A DNA stretch of 64,000 bases from Firmicutes bacterium UBA2598 (GTDB lineage: Bacteria > Bacillota > PH28-bin88), in the NCBI GenBank assembly GCA_002339345.1, contig DDKM01000069.1, forward strand, positions 21,973 through 85,972. The letters are read 5' to 3'. Of the stretch, positions 37,161-47,171 are shown in pieces. A program made the translations under genes and the position numbers. The notes under the pieces are model-generated. The model was not told the DNA's origin, did not search any database, and worked only from the letters and a program-made list of their open reading frames with translations. Every line of letters begins with the position of its first letter. Positions within the stretch are counted from its first letter, which is position 1.

Positions 37161-37529
37161 TCAGGAGTGGCGAACGTGTTCCAGGCCTTCCTGGAACAGG
37201 TTCAAAATATGGTGGTCATCCAGGGTATAGTACACGCTTTTGCCATCCTTGCGGAACCGTACCAGCCGTAAATTTCGCAGCACCCGCAGTTGGTGGGAAA
37301 CGGCGGAGTTGGTCATGCCCAGGGCGTCGGCCAGGTCACAGACACACATTTCCGCGATAGCCAAGGCGTGGATGATCCTTACCCGGGTGGGCTCCCCCAA
37401 AACCTTGAATACTTCCGCCAGGCGGGCCACCTCCTCATGGCTAAGGCTAGCCCGGCGCACCGCTGTCACCACGGCAGGTGTTACACATTGTACTTCACAT
37501 GTATCATGGCTTGTTTCACCAGCCATCAC
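37161..37529 (-). CDS. ArsR/SmtB-family metalloregulatory repressor
   Basis: 122 aa. Contains AEMCVCDLADALGMTNSAVSHQLRVLR (CVC metal site plus wHTH) and extra N-terminal cysteines (CEVQC). Confidence 0.88.
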   Translation of the reverse strand: MMAGETSHDTCEVQCVTPAVVTAVRRASLSHEEVARLAEVFKVLGEPTRVRIIHALAIAEMCVCDLADALGMTNSAVSHQLRVLRNLRLVRFRKDGKSVYYTLDDHHILNLFQEGLEHVRHS

Positions 37530-37564
37530 TGCCCACCCCCTTCATAATTTAATTTGAAGTAGCT

Positions 37565-38197
37565 TCAGCCCTTGCGATTGCGGCGGGCAAGGCTCCAGCC
37601 GTAAGTACCCCCCGCCAGGACTATAGCCACCAGTAAAGTCCAGCCCACCAATACTTCCCCTTCCACTATCCGCCATAGGAGGTTGCCTTTAATGGCAAGG
37701 TAGCGGACGGAAAACACCAGGAAAACGGTCCAAACCCATATGGCGCCAGCGGTATACCCCAAAAAAAGGGGCAAGGGCATCCTGGCCATGCCAGCTAGAT
37801 AAGATACATAGGTACCGAAAAAGAAAGGACGGCAGAGGGCAACCACCTTGGGGCCGTACCGAGCAAACCACTTTTCCGCCAACTCCAGTCTGGCCGGGTT
37901 CAACCAAACCCTTTGCCCGTACTTCAGTACCAGTTTCCGCCCTCCCGTCCTGCCCACAAAGTAGGGGCCCAGGGCTCCCAGCGTATAACCGACGGTACCA
38001 CAAACAACCAGTAGCCACAACCTGTCTGCCCCGGGTGTGATAGAGGCCAGCAACCCGACCACCAGTGCCGAAGGAAAGGGCACTGACAGGCCTTCCAGCA
38101 CCATTGCGCCAAAGGCCCCCAGGACCCCCCATTCGCTGAAGATCTCCACCAGCCGCTGTACCAAATCACCATACCAGACCAAAGATATCATCTCCAA
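37565..38197 (-). CDS. DedA/SNARE-associated family membrane protein
   Basis: 210 aa with 4-5 TM segments. Contains G.PFP..., the typical DedA loop, and YTLGALGPYFVGRTGGRKL. Confidence 0.8.
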   Translation of the reverse strand: MEMISLVWYGDLVQRLVEIFSEWGVLGAFGAMVLEGLSVPFPSALVVGLLASITPGADRLWLLVVCGTVGYTLGALGPYFVGRTGGRKLVLKYGQRVWLNPARLELAEKWFARYGPKVVALCRPFFFGTYVSYLAGMARMPLPLFLGYTAGAIWVWTVFLVFSVRYLAIKGNLLWRIVEGEVLVGWTLLVAIVLAGGTYGWSLARRNRKG

Positions 38198-38199
38198 CG

Positions 38200-39126
38200 C
38201 TAAATGCCCTGGAATAGCATTGTGGACAGGTACCTTTCGCCGGTATCCGGCAGGATTACCACCAACCGTTTGCCCTGGTTTTCCGGCCGTGAAGCCAGGG
38301 TCAAGGCAGCATAGGCGGCGGCGCCGGCGGAAATGCCCACCAACAGCCCTTCCTCGCGGGCCAGCAGCCGTGCTGTGTTTACAGCGTCCTGTTCACTGAC
38401 CTGGATAATCTCATCCAGCAGGTCAGTGCGCAAAATGGCCGGCACAAACCCGGCCCCAATACCCTGGATTTTATGGGGTCCGGGCTGTCCCCCGGAAAGG
38501 ACGGGAGAATCCGCCGGTTCTACTGCCACCAGCTTTACACCGGGCAGGCGTTCCTTGAGTACCTCTCCCACACCGGTAATGGTACCACCGGTCCCTACGC
38601 CAGCCACAAAAATGTCCAGCCGGCCGCCGGTATCAGCCCAGATTTCCTCTGCCGTGGTTTGGCGGTGTGCTATCACATTGGCCTGGTTGTTAAATTGCTG
38701 GGGAATGAAGGAATTGGGATTTTCGGCCGCCAGTTCCTCCGCCTTGGCAATGGCGCCACGCATACCGTCCACGCCAGGGGTAAGCACCAGTTCGGCACCG
38801 TAAGCCTTTAGGAGGGCGCGCCGTTCCACGCTCATGGTCTCCGGCATGGTGAGGATTAAACGGTAACCCTTGGCCCCCGCCACTAAGGCCAGGCCTATCC
38901 CGGTGTTACCGCTGGTGGGTTCGATGATCAGGGTACCGGGACCTATTCGCCCCTCCCTTTCCGCTGCCTCAATCATGCTCAGGGCAATCCGGTCCTTGAC
39001 ACTGCCGCCGGGATTGAAATATTCCACCTTGGCCAGCACCTCCGTGCCGGCCGGATTGATCTTGGACAAGCGCACCAGAGGTGTTCTGCCAATCAGTTCC
39101 GTAACATTGTTATAAATTTGTTGCAT
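38200..39126 (-). CDS. cysK: Cysteine synthase A (O-acetylserine sulfhydrylase)
   Basis: 308 aa. Contains GNTPLVRL-like GRTPLVRL, the PLP-lysine motif GGSVKDR, TSGNTG and GTGGT. Confidence 0.95.
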   Translation of the reverse strand: MQQIYNNVTELIGRTPLVRLSKINPAGTEVLAKVEYFNPGGSVKDRIALSMIEAAEREGRIGPGTLIIEPTSGNTGIGLALVAGAKGYRLILTMPETMSVERRALLKAYGAELVLTPGVDGMRGAIAKAEELAAENPNSFIPQQFNNQANVIAHRQTTAEEIWADTGGRLDIFVAGVGTGGTITGVGEVLKERLPGVKLVAVEPADSPVLSGGQPGPHKIQGIGAGFVPAILRTDLLDEIIQVSEQDAVNTARLLAREEGLLVGISAGAAAYAALTLASRPENQGKRLVVILPDTGERYLSTMLFQGI

Positions 39127-39178
39127 TTGGTATAAGAACCTCCTCCGCCCCGGACTTGGAACAATCCATTCCTATTAT

Positions 39179-42100
39179 TTACCGGGGAAAGGGAAATTCC
39201 TGCCCCGGCCGGCAAATTCCCCAGTGGGGACATGCTGGACATAACCACCCAGGCTGTGGTGCAAACCGCTCAACTACCCTGGGCCCGGTTAGTAGTCCGG
39301 TCATTTCTTCCACCTTCTCCACCAGTTCCCCGGCCATGGCGGTTGTTACCGGCAGGGTAACTGCCTGGTCAACCTGCATAAAATACAGGCATACCTCCTG
39401 TACCGGCCTGTCTAGCCAGGATGCCACCCCCACGGCGTAGGCCATGGCCTGTACCCTGTAATACTCTGCCAGCCTGGGAACATCCCCTGCCGCCAGCCGG
39501 TTTGTTTTGAGGTCCACCACCGTTAAACTGCCCCCAGCTTCCTCCAGCACCTGGTCCACCACGCCCTCCAGCCGGAAATTCCCAATGGCAAGGGACAGGC
39601 CCATTTCATGCCAGCGGCCCACGGCAGCCTGTACCCTTTGAAAAAGAGGGCTGTGGGCATAATTGGCCAGCAGGGGCATCACCTCCGCCATGGCTGCCGT
39701 CAACCTGTCGCCGGTAAAACCTTCAGCCCTTAACACTTGATCCACCAACACCGGGAGGTGTTCCGGCTGCCGCAGCAGTTCACAAACCCGGTGAATCACC
39801 GTCCCACGGGTGGCGGCATCCAGTTTTCCCTCTATACCCCTTCCCAGGGAGGGGATTCGCCTGCCCAGGCCAAGACTATGACTCAGGTAATAGCGGCGCG
39901 GGCAGTGCACCAGGTCCACCAGGGCGGTAACGGGCAGGGAAATACCGGCCACACCCCCTGCCTCCGCCGGGCGCAACCTGGCAGTGACCAGACCGGTTGT
40001 GGCCAGGGCTTCCTGTTGGGCAAAGATTCCAGCCTGTTCCGGCCCCACCGGGCCGGTTCCTCCGGCAAGGACCGCCAGTTGGGTCCGGAGGCCGGGATAA
40101 CGGTCAATCAGGCGGGGCGGAAGTTCGACGCCGGAGTCCGAATTGCTGTCCGCCATGGTCAGTTTGATGGCTCGGGTACCATCGCCGTAGGGTAAAAGCC
40201 CCTTTTCCCAGTTGGCCCGATCCCACCCGAGCAACGCATCCACCCAGCGGGTATACCGACCCTGGGCCAACAACTCACGGGAAGGTACCTGCCGGTCTGG
40301 CATGCCAGCCAGCACCAGGTAATCCCTGGCCCGGGTGGTGCCCACGTACAATATCCGCACCGTTTCCGCCCTGTGGGCCCGGCGGTCCTCCTCCTCCACC
40401 ATCTCCCACAAGTTGTGCTTCTCCCATCTTCCGGGAGCGACGGGTGCCTTTAACACCACCCCGCTCCCGGCACTAAAGGCCAGCCGGGGTGATTGATGGC
40501 GATCCTCCCTGGACAGGTCGGTCAAAAAAACCACCGGAAACTCTAACCCCTTGGAGCGGTGGATGGATAATAATCGTACGGCATCCCCTCCTTCACAGGA
40601 CAAACTGGCTTCCCTTTCCCTGACTCCCCCCATCATGTCCTTCTCCAGGACACTGACAAAATCGTCCAAGGTATGCACCTGCTTCCCGGATCGGGAACGG
40701 GCCATTTCTTCCAGTTTTAGGATATTGGCATAGGCCTGCCTGCCCACCGGCCATGTCAACACCACCTGGCGATAGCCGGTATTGTCCAAAAGAAGCGGCA
40801 ACAGGCGGGAAACGGGCAACCGGAGGGCAATAGGGCGGAAGCGCCGCAACAGGGAGGTCAGGACATCCAATTTGCCTGATTCCTCGGCAGAAAGGTTGAT
40901 ATCCCGAAACCTGCGGAACCCCCGCAGAAGATCCCCCTTCCCCCTGTCTGCCAACGCAAGCAGGGTGTCATCCATTACCCCGCAAAAGGGTGAACGCAAC
41001 ACCGCCGCCAGGGCCAACCTGTCTGTAGGGTTAACCAGCAGCTTTAATAGGGCCAGGATATCCCGGATCTCTTGTTTGGCGTAAAAGCCGTCACCTCCAA
41101 CCACGTAGTATGGTATACCGACGTCCGCCAGTGCCCGTTCATAGGCCTTGACATGGGTCATGGCCCGAAAGAGCAGGGCAATATCGCCAAATTTGACCGG
41201 TCTGGGAACCTCCCCTCCACCTCCCCGGCCAGCTTCCCAAATCAAGCGTTCGCCACCGGCGACCATGGTAATGATGCGCCGGGCGATGGCTTGCGCCTCC
41301 CGTTGGCGGTAGTCCAGATTATCCTCCCCTTGGGCCGGAACGGCCAGGAATTCCACACACGGCTGGGTATTGCCGGATTTCCTTCGCGCCTTAATGGTCA
41401 CATCGGTAACTTCAGGCATTAGCAACGGAAAAAAACTGTTGATGAAGCTGATGAGATCCTCCTGGGAACGGAAGTTTTCCACCAGGGGCACCACCCGGGC
41501 CCGCTCCTCACCCGCTTCTGCCGCCTCCCGTTGGGTGGCGAGGAAAAGTTCCACATTGGCACCCCGGAAGCGGTAAATGGATTGTTTATAGTCGCCCACA
41601 ACGAACAGTTTGCCCCAATGGCGCCCGCCGTCCGGCCCAGTCACCAGCAGGTCCAAGATCTGTTTTTGCAGGTCATTGGTGTCCTGGTACTCATCCACCA
41701 TCACCTGTTGGTAAAGTTTGCGGTAATGGTCGGCCAAACCGGGGTTGTGCTGCAGCAAATCCCTGGCTCCCCTCTCCAAATCGGTAAAGTCCAAGGATGC
41801 CTGTTGCCCCTTCCGCCGCCGGTATTCTTCATCCACACCGCCCAGTAATCGGGAAACCTCCCCCGCCACCGCAATGCTAATAAAACGGCAGACGGCATTA
41901 ACTGTCCCTTCCCGGACCGTCCTAAACCGGCCTACCTGCTGGGCGATCACCCGCGCCGGGTTGCGGAACCCCCCTTTGAGCACATCCAGGGCCGCCAGCA
42001 GTTCCAAAGGGCTGGTTGCCGGGTTTTGCAGAACGGGGAACACCTTAAACCATAACTGCTGCCAGCGTACCAGGGCTTCCCTGGTCTTGGGTGCACCCAC

Positions 42101-42781
42101 TGCTGAGGGTGGCACCCGCGCCAAGTCCTCCCCGGCCTCCAGTAATTCCACTATGGCTGCATCCACCGGTTGACGGTCCGGGGGTTGCCCCGGCAGGTCG
42201 GTATAGGTAACCCCCGCGGCCTGGATGCTCCGGTACAGGCGGGATAGGGCGTTCTGGCAGGCCGGAAAACCCATCACTTCAATGAGATGCCTCAACCAAC
42301 GCCAGTCCTCCGCCAGGGCAGCCAACAACGCATCTTCTAGACATCCCTGGAGAAGTTCCTCCGCCTTGGCCTCCTCCAGTACGGTAAAGGATGGATCCAC
42401 CCCGGCCTGGGCAGGGTTCTCCCTGAGCAACCTTGCACAAAAGGAATGGATGGTGGTGATGGGGGCGCTGTCCAGCTGTTTCAGCAACTCCCGCAGATGA
42501 AGATAAACAGCGGCGTTCCGCTCCCGTTCCGCCTCCTGCACCTTGGACAGAATGGCCTGCCGCACCCTGGCCCGCATTTCCTGGGCGGCTTTGTTGGTGA
42601 AGGTGATGGCCAGGATGGACTGGACAGGCAGACCTGGTTGGCCAGGTACCATGGCCAACAGCCCCAGGTAACGTTCCACCAGCACCCGTGTCTTACCTGC
42701 CCCTGCCCCCGCCGGTACCACCAAATCGCATCCTGTGGTAAAAGCTGCCTCACGTTGGCGGTCTGTTAAAGGGAAGGTCAT
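39179..42781 (-). CDS. addA: ATP-dependent helicase/nuclease subunit A (AddA/RexA)
   Basis: 1200 aa. It has a UvrD-type Walker A (AGAGAGKT), VDEYQDTN, and a C-terminal PD-(D/E)xK nuclease region (GVVDQV...VVDLKT). The start overlaps the addB stop (ATGA). Confidence 0.93.
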   Translation of the reverse strand: MTFPLTDRQREAAFTTGCDLVVPAGAGAGKTRVLVERYLGLLAMVPGQPGLPVQSILAITFTNKAAQEMRARVRQAILSKVQEAERERNAAVYLHLRELLKQLDSAPITTIHSFCARLLRENPAQAGVDPSFTVLEEAKAEELLQGCLEDALLAALAEDWRWLRHLIEVMGFPACQNALSRLYRSIQAAGVTYTDLPGQPPDRQPVDAAIVELLEAGEDLARVPPSAVGAPKTREALVRWQQLWFKVFPVLQNPATSPLELLAALDVLKGGFRNPARVIAQQVGRFRTVREGTVNAVCRFISIAVAGEVSRLLGGVDEEYRRRKGQQASLDFTDLERGARDLLQHNPGLADHYRKLYQQVMVDEYQDTNDLQKQILDLLVTGPDGGRHWGKLFVVGDYKQSIYRFRGANVELFLATQREAAEAGEERARVVPLVENFRSQEDLISFINSFFPLLMPEVTDVTIKARRKSGNTQPCVEFLAVPAQGEDNLDYRQREAQAIARRIITMVAGGERLIWEAGRGGGGEVPRPVKFGDIALLFRAMTHVKAYERALADVGIPYYVVGGDGFYAKQEIRDILALLKLLVNPTDRLALAAVLRSPFCGVMDDTLLALADRGKGDLLRGFRRFRDINLSAEESGKLDVLTSLLRRFRPIALRLPVSRLLPLLLDNTGYRQVVLTWPVGRQAYANILKLEEMARSRSGKQVHTLDDFVSVLEKDMMGGVREREASLSCEGGDAVRLLSIHRSKGLEFPVVFLTDLSREDRHQSPRLAFSAGSGVVLKAPVAPGRWEKHNLWEMVEEEDRRAHRAETVRILYVGTTRARDYLVLAGMPDRQVPSRELLAQGRYTRWVDALLGWDRANWEKGLLPYGDGTRAIKLTMADSNSDSGVELPPRLIDRYPGLRTQLAVLAGGTGPVGPEQAGIFAQQEALATTGLVTARLRPAEAGGVAGISLPVTALVDLVHCPRRYYLSHSLGLGRRIPSLGRGIEGKLDAATRGTVIHRVCELLRQPEHLPVLVDQVLRAEGFTGDRLTAAMAEVMPLLANYAHSPLFQRVQAAVGRWHEMGLSLAIGNFRLEGVVDQVLEEAGGSLTVVDLKTNRLAAGDVPRLAEYYRVQAMAYAVGVASWLDRPVQEVCLYFMQVDQAVTLPVTTAMAGELVEKVEEMTGLLTGPRVVERFAPQPGWLCPACPHWGICRPGQEFPFPR

Positions 42782-45700
42782 TGCAGCACCTTCTTTCCAC
42801 CCATCCGGGCGGCATCAAACCGACACACAGAGGGATATGGGCAATAAGGCGGGCACTGGCCCAGGGGCCGGGCCGGAAAATAGCCCGACCGGGCCTGCCG
42901 CACGGTGGTAATAATCAACCTTTCCAGTTTGCTCAATAAGCTGTCCCAGCTTTCCGGCGGGATCTGGTTCTCTGGCCGGCTACTGACCCCCACCCGCTGG
43001 GCCAGATCTGACCTCCATAACCCGTGGTTACGGCCAGGATTTTGCAGTGTATAATAGCCGCCGCCGGCACCTTTAGATCGCGCCAGACCCATCACCCTTT
43101 CCAATGCCAGCAGGTACAAGGCCACCTGGATATCGTGCCCTTCCCGCAACTCGGTATAGCTGGGGACCTGGCCGGACTTGTAGTCAAAGGCTGCCCAGGT
43201 GCCATCCGGCGCCATATCCACCCGGTCAATTTTTCCCCTGACCAACACCCTGTCCTGCCCCTTCCCCAATTCCAGACAATTGGTGGTGGACGCGGGATCC
43301 ATGTCAGGCCGCAAGGGCAAGCCAAAACCCAATTCCAGCCATTGGGGAGTGAGCGCTCCCTCCAAGTTGACCAGTGACAGTTCATAGTCCAACACTCCCG
43401 CCAGCACAGCCCTGATCCGTGCCCTGGCCAGTTCCCACAGGACCGGATGGCGCACCCCGCCGCCAGCGGCAAACTCCAGGCAAACCTGGTCAAAAACCCC
43501 GTTCAGTTCCCGGTGCAGGGCATCCCTTTCGCCCTGGTCCAGCAACTGCCCCCGATATTTGGTAAAAAAGCGGTACAAAGCCTGGTGCAGTAAGTTACCA
43601 CGTTCCAAAGCGGTCAGATCCTCTTCCTCCTCTGCCGGCGGTTCCAGGTTTAACTGAATCCGGGCAAAAAAGGCAAAGGGGCACTGGATTAAAAGGTTAA
43701 GCTGGCTGACGCTGAAAACATGATTTTCCCCCAGCTTAGCGGCCAGGGCACCGGTATCCCCCAGCACACCATCCCACCGCCCGTATACGGGTCCGAAGCG
43801 ATCTTCCTCCATCATCGCCGCCGCCAGCCGCTGGTTCAACGCACCGCCCTCCAGGGAGTGCAACACCGGTACCATCAAAGGGGCCACGGGATCATTTTCC
43901 CGGCTCCAAAGGGCAGCGAACAGTTTTTCACCGGCTTCCGCCACTCCGGCCACCCCGTCCCAATTGGACGCCACCAGTTCCTCCTGGGGCAGATGGTGTA
44001 CCGGCAAGCTGCCGGGCAGGAAAAGCCGTTTAACCTCATCCAGGAAAATGGAGGGTAAGCCCTCACCGCTGTCATCGGCCCCCGGGCAACTCAGGTAAAG
44101 GCGGTGGGTAGCACGGGTGACTGCCAGATAGAAAAGATACTCCTCCCGCTGGTACCTGTGGACCATGGTATCCACTTCGATACCCCTGTCCAATAGCTCC
44201 TGCCGGTCATCTTCAGGTAAAAGCCAGTCCGGTGTAATGGGGTGGGGAAACAACCCCTGGGCCAACCCGGCCACAAAAACCACCTTGTAGGAAAGCCCCC
44301 GGCATCGGGGAGCATCCAGTACAGCCACCCCGCCGCCCTGACCCCTGGCGGAACTACAGATTCGATATTCCGCTGCAAGTTCCAGTTGCTCTTTAAATGT
44401 ATGCAGATCCACCTGTTCCTTTGATAATCCAGTGATTTCCGCCGCCAATTCCAGATGATCCAGCACCTGTTCTAATTCCTGCAGAGCGCTCAAGTCACCA
44501 GTTGCTACCCGCCAGGCCGTGTCGTCCTGCCGGTGCGCAACCTTCCCTGCATTTGACGCCACCCGCAAGCGCTCCATCAGCTGCCGCAGGGAGTGGACAA
44601 TTTCCTGGACGGTTCCCTGTCTGGGCAGATCACCCAGGCTGCCATATATGGAGGAGGCGATGACCGGTAAATCCTCCATGGCCTTGACATACCAGTTCGG
44701 CTGACGGCCGACCAACCCAGTCGGCAGTTCAAAGGTGTTGCCCCTTTGCAACTCCTGCTGCCTGGCCCTCTGTATTTCCTGCTGCCAGATGGTCATCCAC
44801 TGACCCAAACCAGCAGGATACCCCCAGCGGGTAAATGTTTCGGCAAAGAGTTCCGTACCGCGGCGGCGTCCCCAGGTAAAATAGGGTGAGCGTACCAGGT
44901 TGGGTATCCGGCGCAAATCACCCATGATGGCATCCAGTAAGCAGGTGATGGCATTAAACAAAGGGCTGGCGGCCAGGCTGAATTCCTCCGCCGCGGCACA
45001 GGGCACTCCGTTTCTGGCCAGGGCCTGCACCAACACTTCCCGGTATTGGGCGGTGTCCCTAACCACCACCGCCACATCACCTGCCGCTACGAAACCATCC
45101 GCCACCAATCTTTTGATTTCACCGGCGATCATGCCCGCTTCCCGGATAATGCTGGGTGCAAACATAAGGTGAATGGAACCGTCGGCGGGCAGGATGGGAG
45201 GAAAAACTGTAAAACAGTTCTGTTCCACATGCTGCAGACCGGCTGGCAGGGGTTCGGCGGTCTCCCACCAGGCAACCGTCTCCACCGCCTCTGCAACCAA
45301 ACCAGACAGTGTCCGGTCGGTCAGCTGGAACACCGCTGGCCCCTTGATCCTGGCAAGGAACAGCACTACCGGAACACCCAGCTTCTCCATCACCCTCAGC
45401 AATTGCCGTTGCAGGGGCAACAAGTCAAAGAAACCTTCTGCCACCACCAGTGCCGGGGACTTCTGCCCCCATGCCTCCGGCAGCACTTCAGCAGCCAGGC
45501 GATAAGCTTCCTCGTGGTCCATCAGGCCGTAGCGGGACAACAACCCCTGGTAATGGGCAAATATCTCAACAAGGACCTGCCGGCGTTCATTGCCTTTCGC
45601 CCAATTGGCCAGATCCGCCGGAACAGTCCCCGCCCTTTTCCACTCTCCCAACAACCCTTCCACCGCCTTGACGAAACCGGGGTAAGCAGCGACAGCCGTA

Positions 45701-46029
45701 AAGGGCTGCATTGCCCCTTCCGCAACACAGGCCTGGATGGCCTTGGCAACGATCAGGCGCTGGAGATCGGGGGTGAGAAGAAAGCGATCGGGGTAGTGGC
45801 TTTGCACCGTCTCCCGGGCAAAAACATCAAAGGATATTACATGCAGACACCCACCCGGCGGTAGGGTTTGCCTTGCCATTTTTTGCACGCGCCTGGCCAT
45901 GGCCGGGGTGGGAGTAAGATAAATGATCTCCCCCGCCGGATTGGCCAAGATGGATTCCCGGCACTGGGGCAGTCCCGTTCCCACCGCCCGCATCTGGTCA
46001 AATAAATACACTTTCGGCATGCAACTCAC
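42778..46029 (-). CDS. addB: Helicase/nuclease subunit B (AddB/RexB) with C-terminal Fe-S nuclease domain
   Basis: 1083 aa. The nuclease domain (GKIDRVD...DYKSG) is flanked by Cys (CPFAFF ... CPPYCPYPSVC), matching the iron-staple arrangement. The N-terminus lacks a recognisable GxGK[ST]. The start is GTG 46029 or ATG 46020. Confidence 0.88.
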   Translation of the reverse strand: MSCMPKVYLFDQMRAVGTGLPQCRESILANPAGEIIYLTPTPAMARRVQKMARQTLPPGGCLHVISFDVFARETVQSHYPDRFLLTPDLQRLIVAKAIQACVAEGAMQPFTAVAAYPGFVKAVEGLLGEWKRAGTVPADLANWAKGNERRQVLVEIFAHYQGLLSRYGLMDHEEAYRLAAEVLPEAWGQKSPALVVAEGFFDLLPLQRQLLRVMEKLGVPVVLFLARIKGPAVFQLTDRTLSGLVAEAVETVAWWETAEPLPAGLQHVEQNCFTVFPPILPADGSIHLMFAPSIIREAGMIAGEIKRLVADGFVAAGDVAVVVRDTAQYREVLVQALARNGVPCAAAEEFSLAASPLFNAITCLLDAIMGDLRRIPNLVRSPYFTWGRRRGTELFAETFTRWGYPAGLGQWMTIWQQEIQRARQQELQRGNTFELPTGLVGRQPNWYVKAMEDLPVIASSIYGSLGDLPRQGTVQEIVHSLRQLMERLRVASNAGKVAHRQDDTAWRVATGDLSALQELEQVLDHLELAAEITGLSKEQVDLHTFKEQLELAAEYRICSSARGQGGGVAVLDAPRCRGLSYKVVFVAGLAQGLFPHPITPDWLLPEDDRQELLDRGIEVDTMVHRYQREEYLFYLAVTRATHRLYLSCPGADDSGEGLPSIFLDEVKRLFLPGSLPVHHLPQEELVASNWDGVAGVAEAGEKLFAALWSRENDPVAPLMVPVLHSLEGGALNQRLAAAMMEEDRFGPVYGRWDGVLGDTGALAAKLGENHVFSVSQLNLLIQCPFAFFARIQLNLEPPAEEEEDLTALERGNLLHQALYRFFTKYRGQLLDQGERDALHRELNGVFDQVCLEFAAGGGVRHPVLWELARARIRAVLAGVLDYELSLVNLEGALTPQWLELGFGLPLRPDMDPASTTNCLELGKGQDRVLVRGKIDRVDMAPDGTWAAFDYKSGQVPSYTELREGHDIQVALYLLALERVMGLARSKGAGGGYYTLQNPGRNHGLWRSDLAQRVGVSSRPENQIPPESWDSLLSKLERLIITTVRQARSGYFPARPLGQCPPYCPYPSVCRFDAARMGGKKVLQ

Positions 46030-46050
46030 CCTTTCCCTGGCAACCCAACG

Positions 46051-47028
46051 CTATCCCACAAACAATTGCCGGTCAAGCCCCTTCACCCAAGGTGTCCACC
46101 TTTCCCCTTCTTCCTCCGCGGATTGCTGGGCCTGACTGAACTTATCCACCTCGGCATCCACCATATCGGCATAGTGGAGAAGCATGGCTTCCAGGAATTT
46201 AGGTCTTTTTGGCGATTGCCACTCGTAACGGCCATGGTGGCTGACAATCATATGCAGGATCTTTAGCCGCAAATCGGGATCAAAATCCGCAATGGACCGG
46301 ATGCGGTCATTGACCATCTCCACTCCCACCACGATGTGTCCCAAAAGCCGGCCCTCATCGGAATAGTCGATAACTGTCTGGTAAAGAAACTCCCGTACCT
46401 TGCCCACATCATGGAGAATGGCTCCACAGGTGAGGAGATCCACATCCACTTGGGGATAAACCGAAGCCATGGCATGGGCCACCTTAACCACCTGCAGGGT
46501 ATGTTCCAGAAGGCCGCCCAGGTAGGCCTGATGGTGTGCTTTGGCGGCCGGGGCGCTGGCAAAGGATTTCCGCCATTCCGGGTCTGCCAGGAAGGACTCC
46601 AGCAACGCCCTCAACTGCGGGTGCTGTACCCCGGATATCAACTGGCGAAGTTCCTTCCCCATTTTGGCAATGTTCTGGCCGGTGACGGGTAGGAAACTAC
46701 GGGGATCCACCTGCTCCGGCGGAATACGGACCAGCTTATCCACGTTCAGCTGCACCCTGCCGCCGAATTCCGTTACCGTTCCCGCCACATAAAGACAATC
46801 GCCGCGTTCAAAGGCAGCCGCCAGTTCCTCGGCATTGTCCCACACCTTGGCCTCCACCTCACCAGTGCTGTCACCCAGCACCAGGCTCAGGTAACGACCG
46901 GGCTTTTCCCGAAAAGCCTGCATGTCCTTGCGCCGGACTTGGAAAACACCTTCCACCTGCCCGCCCTTGGGCATTTTCACCAGCTGATGCACCTTGCTAT
47001 GCTCTCCCATGACACTGGTCCTGTTCAA
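46051..47028 (-). CDS. yhaM: 3'-5' exoribonuclease YhaM-like (OB-fold + HD domain)
   Basis: 325 aa. An N-terminal OB-fold region is followed by an HD domain (LLEHTLQV...ILHDVGK...HMIVSHHG). Confidence 0.85.
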   Translation of the reverse strand: MNRTSVMGEHSKVHQLVKMPKGGQVEGVFQVRRKDMQAFREKPGRYLSLVLGDSTGEVEAKVWDNAEELAAAFERGDCLYVAGTVTEFGGRVQLNVDKLVRIPPEQVDPRSFLPVTGQNIAKMGKELRQLISGVQHPQLRALLESFLADPEWRKSFASAPAAKAHHQAYLGGLLEHTLQVVKVAHAMASVYPQVDVDLLTCGAILHDVGKVREFLYQTVIDYSDEGRLLGHIVVGVEMVNDRIRSIADFDPDLRLKILHMIVSHHGRYEWQSPKRPKFLEAMLLHYADMVDAEVDKFSQAQQSAEEEGERWTPWVKGLDRQLFVG

Positions 47029-47107
47029 TACCGGTCCCCCCTATCCTATTAACCCTTTAATACATTCGCCTACGGCAAGGCACTTCCCTACCGATACCAA
47101 CCGGTCA

Positions 47108-47139
47108 GCAAAAAAGGATCGGCAAAAACACCGATCCCT
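47108..47139 (-). terminator. Intrinsic terminator after rlmI
   Basis: On the minus strand, a GGGATCGG / CCGATCC stem is followed by TTTTTTG. Confidence 0.75.
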
Positions 47140-47171
47140 TCAACCAGACCTTGCACCTGCCATGGGGAAAT

